From Amoebophrya sp. A120 (lineage: Eukaryota; Protista; Dinoflagellata): 64,000 bases of DNA. The stretch covers positions 2,632,707 through 2,696,706 of the forward strand of contig CAJINV010000012.1 of assembly GCA_905178155.1 (NCBI GenBank), in the 5' to 3' direction. Positions within the stretch are counted from its first letter, which is position 1. Each line of letters starts with the position of its first letter. A model generated the notes under the pieces. The model was not told the DNA's origin. It ran no database searches and was given only the letters and a program-made list of their open reading frames with translations. Position numbers and translations under genes: made by a program. Shown here one piece after another: positions 60,698 to 64,000 of the stretch.

Positions 60698-63430
60698 TCA
60701 CGTCATCGTTGGCAGCCGATCGTGGGAGGCCGACCCGGAGAGGACCCAGGGAAAGTTTGCACTGGCAGTGCCGCTCCGCTGCATGTCATGCCTGCTGGAA
60801 GCATTCGTGGTAGTCCTCCCGCCCCCAGCTCCGCCAGGAGTAGTACCATGCGGCTGATGCACCATCCCACCGCCCGTGTAGCTGCTTGTGCTTCCCGTAG
60901 TACTACCCCGGGTGGGGTGGAATAGGTGCTGGTTTTGTTGCTGTTGCCCCCCTCCTGCAGCTGTGGTGTAAAAACACGACGGCGGCGGCTCCCATCCGTA
61001 TCGATCTGGGTATTGGTTGTCAACAACCCTAGAAACCGCGGAAGACCCGACTGTCGATGCGCCCGAGTGCTGGTGCTGCAGAAACACACCGCTGCCGCCG
61101 CCAGCAGTGCCACCTCCTGACTGGTGCAGGAAACTACTGCCCCCCGGGGTCACGCTGCAGCCCGAAGATGAAGCTGTTACTGCACCGCCGGCAGTGGGTC
61201 CTCCTGACGAGGCAGCTGCGCCATGATGAACCGCGTGACTCCATGTCGTCGGTTGCCACTGCGGCGGGTTTACGTTATCCCAAGAAAAAAGTGTTACAGT
61301 TACACATCTGTAGTGCATTCTGCATCACAAACTTGCCTCGCATGACAGAGAAAACTTGCAATGCAGAGATCATTATATAGGCAAAACACACATGAAACAA
61401 GGCCCGCAAGCATCTTGCGCATGACAGAGGTGGTGTGTCTTGCGTGTTTTGCAACACAATGTGTAATGTGTAACAGTTTTTTTCTTCGGATACACGTGCG
61501 GGTGAAAATAGTTGCGCTGGTCCCGCCGGTCGCAGACTGTGATTTCGGTTAGTTTGGACACTATCCTGTGCAAAAGTAGTTGTACTCCTTGTAGTTGCAT
61601 TTATGCATATACAAATCTAGTTCCTAAGGCAAATCCGCATTACAAATTCAACCCTTTGCTCGCGTCTTATGGCGCACGAGTTACTGTCTGACATATACAG
61701 CTACTGAATCCTGAGAGTAAGTCCTTTGTAATGCTGAGACAAATTCAATTTGTAATGCTGAGCCAATTTTTTGTATTGCAATTTATACGTAGTACGTTTT
61801 TACTTTTGCAATTCATACACACCAGATGCCGGTGAAATTGCACCATTTCGTTTCTCACCTCCCAGTCCGCGCACGATATCAAATGCAAATATGTCTGGGC
61901 CTGGAAACTTGTGATGCTAAAATGTGACTGGTGGGCGGGCTGTAACACGCACCCAAGCATGACAAATTTTTCAGCTGCTACTGTGTTAGTTTCGTTTTCC
62001 GCATGGGCATGGCAAGCTGCGTTTTTGCATAACAGGCAAGACGCCCTTTCCTGCTCATGCATTACAGATTTATGAGTCATGCCAGACAAGCATGACAAAC
62101 CTGGCATCAATCTTCCAGACCCAGACACTTTGCAGTTGATACGCGACATGCGTAACCGATTCAGCTGCTCGCGAGCGAGCATCGTCGTCGTCTGTTGAAT
62201 TTGAGTTTTTGGTTTTCTTTGAATTTGCAAATAGCATCAACATGTCTGAAAAGTTTCATTTGATGCAGTTCTGTCCCTACGTAAGTAGAAGTTGTACATA
62301 CCGAGAATATAATTTGAGTTTGACAGCGAAGCAACGCTGAAAAAGTACCGCGACGACGTTCCCGACCCCAGAGGAAAAGCTATTCACGCGGTGCGTGCTC
62401 TGTCCCGACGTCTGCATCCTGAGTAAAAACGTACCCACACCAGAGTCAGGCTGGGGATTTTGCAACACAAACCTAGGAGTTTTGTGAGTCACGCATGACA
62501 AGTTGCAGGCTGTATTGTAGTGCAGTTTAGCAAGGGAAGCCGCATAACAAATCCACCTCCTCATCCTGTTCACAGCATCACAAATTCCAAAACACGATTG
62601 GAAATGGCTCTCATGGGGATGCGCATCACAAGTCTTCCTGTCTTTGCAAATCTGCATTACAACTCTGGTGTGGGTACGTTTTTACTCAGGATAGTCTGCG
62701 AGTCGTTGTCATGAGGGGATGCGCCGACTATCCCAGACAAAATCGAGCTGGAGTTGTTACTATCCTGTGCAAAAGTATCGCACTCGTATTGCAGTCATGC
62801 ATTACAAGTTTTTTTCTCAAGGTAAATCCGCATTACAAATTTTATCTCTCATGCTGAGGAAATTATTTGTAATGCATTTATACGAGTACGATACTTTTGC
62901 AGTTCATAGTTACCCCCTCTGTGGTGCGGGTTGTGGTGGTCTCGCAGCAGATGCTGTCCCTGATTCATCATGATCGCCCCGGTCCCGATCGAACTCGCCT
63001 CGCTGGGCGGCCGGGGGAGTTGCGCCGTGTGCTCCTCCAGGGCCGCGAGGCGGGGAATGAGCACCGGGTGGAGGTGTCCCAACGGCTTATGACAGTGCAC
63101 AACTCCCCCTCCCCCTCATTTGTATAGCATGAACGGCAATACAAGCATCAGCAAGAGTGCCAGTTTTGCATAAAAGATCTGCGCCGGAGTACTTATCGTG
63201 CTTTTTGGGCTACCAGAACTTGTCATGCAAACAGTAACAGTGCCAAGAAGCAACGGGTGGATAGGCTATTTTGCATGACAAATGAGGGGGAGGGGGAGTT
63301 TTGCACTTTCATACGGGTCGCAGGGCATTTCGAAGTAGTAGCGGGAAAAGAATGCCTGCTGGTGGTCATTGGTGCCCAGAACGGAGGACACATTGCTAGA
63401 AACCGAGTCCTGCCGGGGATTGTTGTTCTG
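60698..63430 (-). CDS. Hypothetical protein, 5' end unresolved; 6 introners and GT-AG intron 62192-62348
   Basis: Spliced reading ...YFEMPCDP/LGHLHP...GGN/NSSS...SQT/SGQ...RMSR/ADWEVRNEMVQFHRHLVC/KLTEITVCDRRDQRNYFHPHV/NPPQWQP is open across all junctions. Confidence 0.6.
61276..61492. mobile_element. Introner family I
   Basis: TATCCCAAGAAAAAAGTGTTACAGTTACACAT...ATGTGTAATGTGTAACAGTTTTTTTCTTCGGATA; TSD TACGT/CACGT. Confidence 0.88.
61562..61817. mobile_element. Introner family A with internal filler and duplication
   Basis: Family A TIR; TSD GACAC/CACAC. Confidence 0.85.
61877..62141. mobile_element. Introner family B
   Basis: Family B TIR; TSD CACGA/CGCGA. Confidence 0.9.
62415..62693. mobile_element. 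Introner family D (left end CAT; close relative of 53128)
   Basis: Family D TIR; TSD GTCTG. Confidence 0.92.
62761..62908. mobile_element. Introner family A
   Basis: Family A TIR; TSD GTTAC. Confidence 0.93.
63088..63313. mobile_element. Introner family E
   Basis: Family E TIR; TSD CGGCT/CGGGT. Confidence 0.9.
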
Positions 63431-64000
63431 GCGAGTGTTGTAAAATGTTGATAATTCGCTTTATTTCGACTTGACATTTTTGCATGATAAGCTGTAAAAC
63501 CATCATGCGTGGCATTATCGATTTTCGATTTCTGCAATAATCGAGTACCACTACCATGCGCGTCGTCCAACAAGCAACATGAAGTTGAAATTTCTTGCGT
63601 ATCATGATCCAAAAAGGTACTTCTTAAATCCTTACCACGGGTCCACCATCCTCGTCAATGCTATTCCTTCTGCACACCCGTGCCCAGAACGACAGTATCC
63701 AAGAAAAAAACATTGTAGGTCTAACTTTTTTGGAGGAACAGCATTACAAACAAGGTCCGAGCACGGGGGCTGGGGCCCCCGTGCAGAGACCTTGCATCTT
63801 TGGAGGGCATTGGGCGGTCGGAGCAGTTTCCGAGGCCGGGCGGGCTTGCTCCTCGCGACATTCGAACGCAACCACAACGGGGACGCGCGTCGCGAAGTAG
63901 AGGAATGGCCAGTGCCGCGCCATCCCCAGCGGGCTACCACATAGGGCGCCCCGATGGGCGCCCGAGGGGTGGCGCGTTCGCTTCCACTTGCAGGACTCCG

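Noticed and set aside
3554-62973. Recurrent peptides in short ORFs (QKYRTRINA, CKSIVLV, MLRKFVMHLYEYDTFA, FQTQTFLHLI, NVKMSGSGR, VTVENVTFEN) suggesting a repeated protein domain
   Set aside because: They are translations of introner TIRs and interiors, not real proteins.
619-63313. Dispersed palindromic repeats as a CRISPR array or bacterial REP elements
   Set aside because: Spacing is irregular, each unit has paired TIRs and a TSD, the intervening DNA is eukaryotic exon, and there are no cas genes.

Overview
This is eukaryotic genomic DNA, most consistent with a syndinian dinoflagellate parasite of the Amoebophrya A120 type (an inference from intron architecture, not from a database match). 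About 11 protein-coding genes all lie on the minus strand: a PRP40-like WW/FF splicing factor, a SCYL1-like pseudokinase, a small secreted Cys-rich protein, a nodulin-like MFS transporter, a uL30/RPL7-like protein, a thioredoxin/PDI-like membrane protein and several unknowns. The dominant feature is 48 transposon-like non-canonical introns (introners) in about 9 unrelated families. Each is a 5-bp direct repeat, then TAT...ATA termini with a family-specific terminal inverted repeat (TIR), then a second copy of the 5-bp repeat. Removing the element plus one repeat copy restored the reading frame at every junction I translated by hand, and several junctions cannot form GT-AG in any register. Introners are already known in Amoebophrya. 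Potentially new details visible here: (1) a GCATNACAAAT motif shared inside all families; (2) a 1.7-kb intergenic TIR element with the same end signature, a candidate relative of the autonomous partner; (3) a nested element whose empty site is present in the window; (4) removal independent of element orientation; (5) a match between the GTAY-biased canonical donors and the N-TAY introner 5' ends; (6) repair scars and retroposon-like insertions inside introners.
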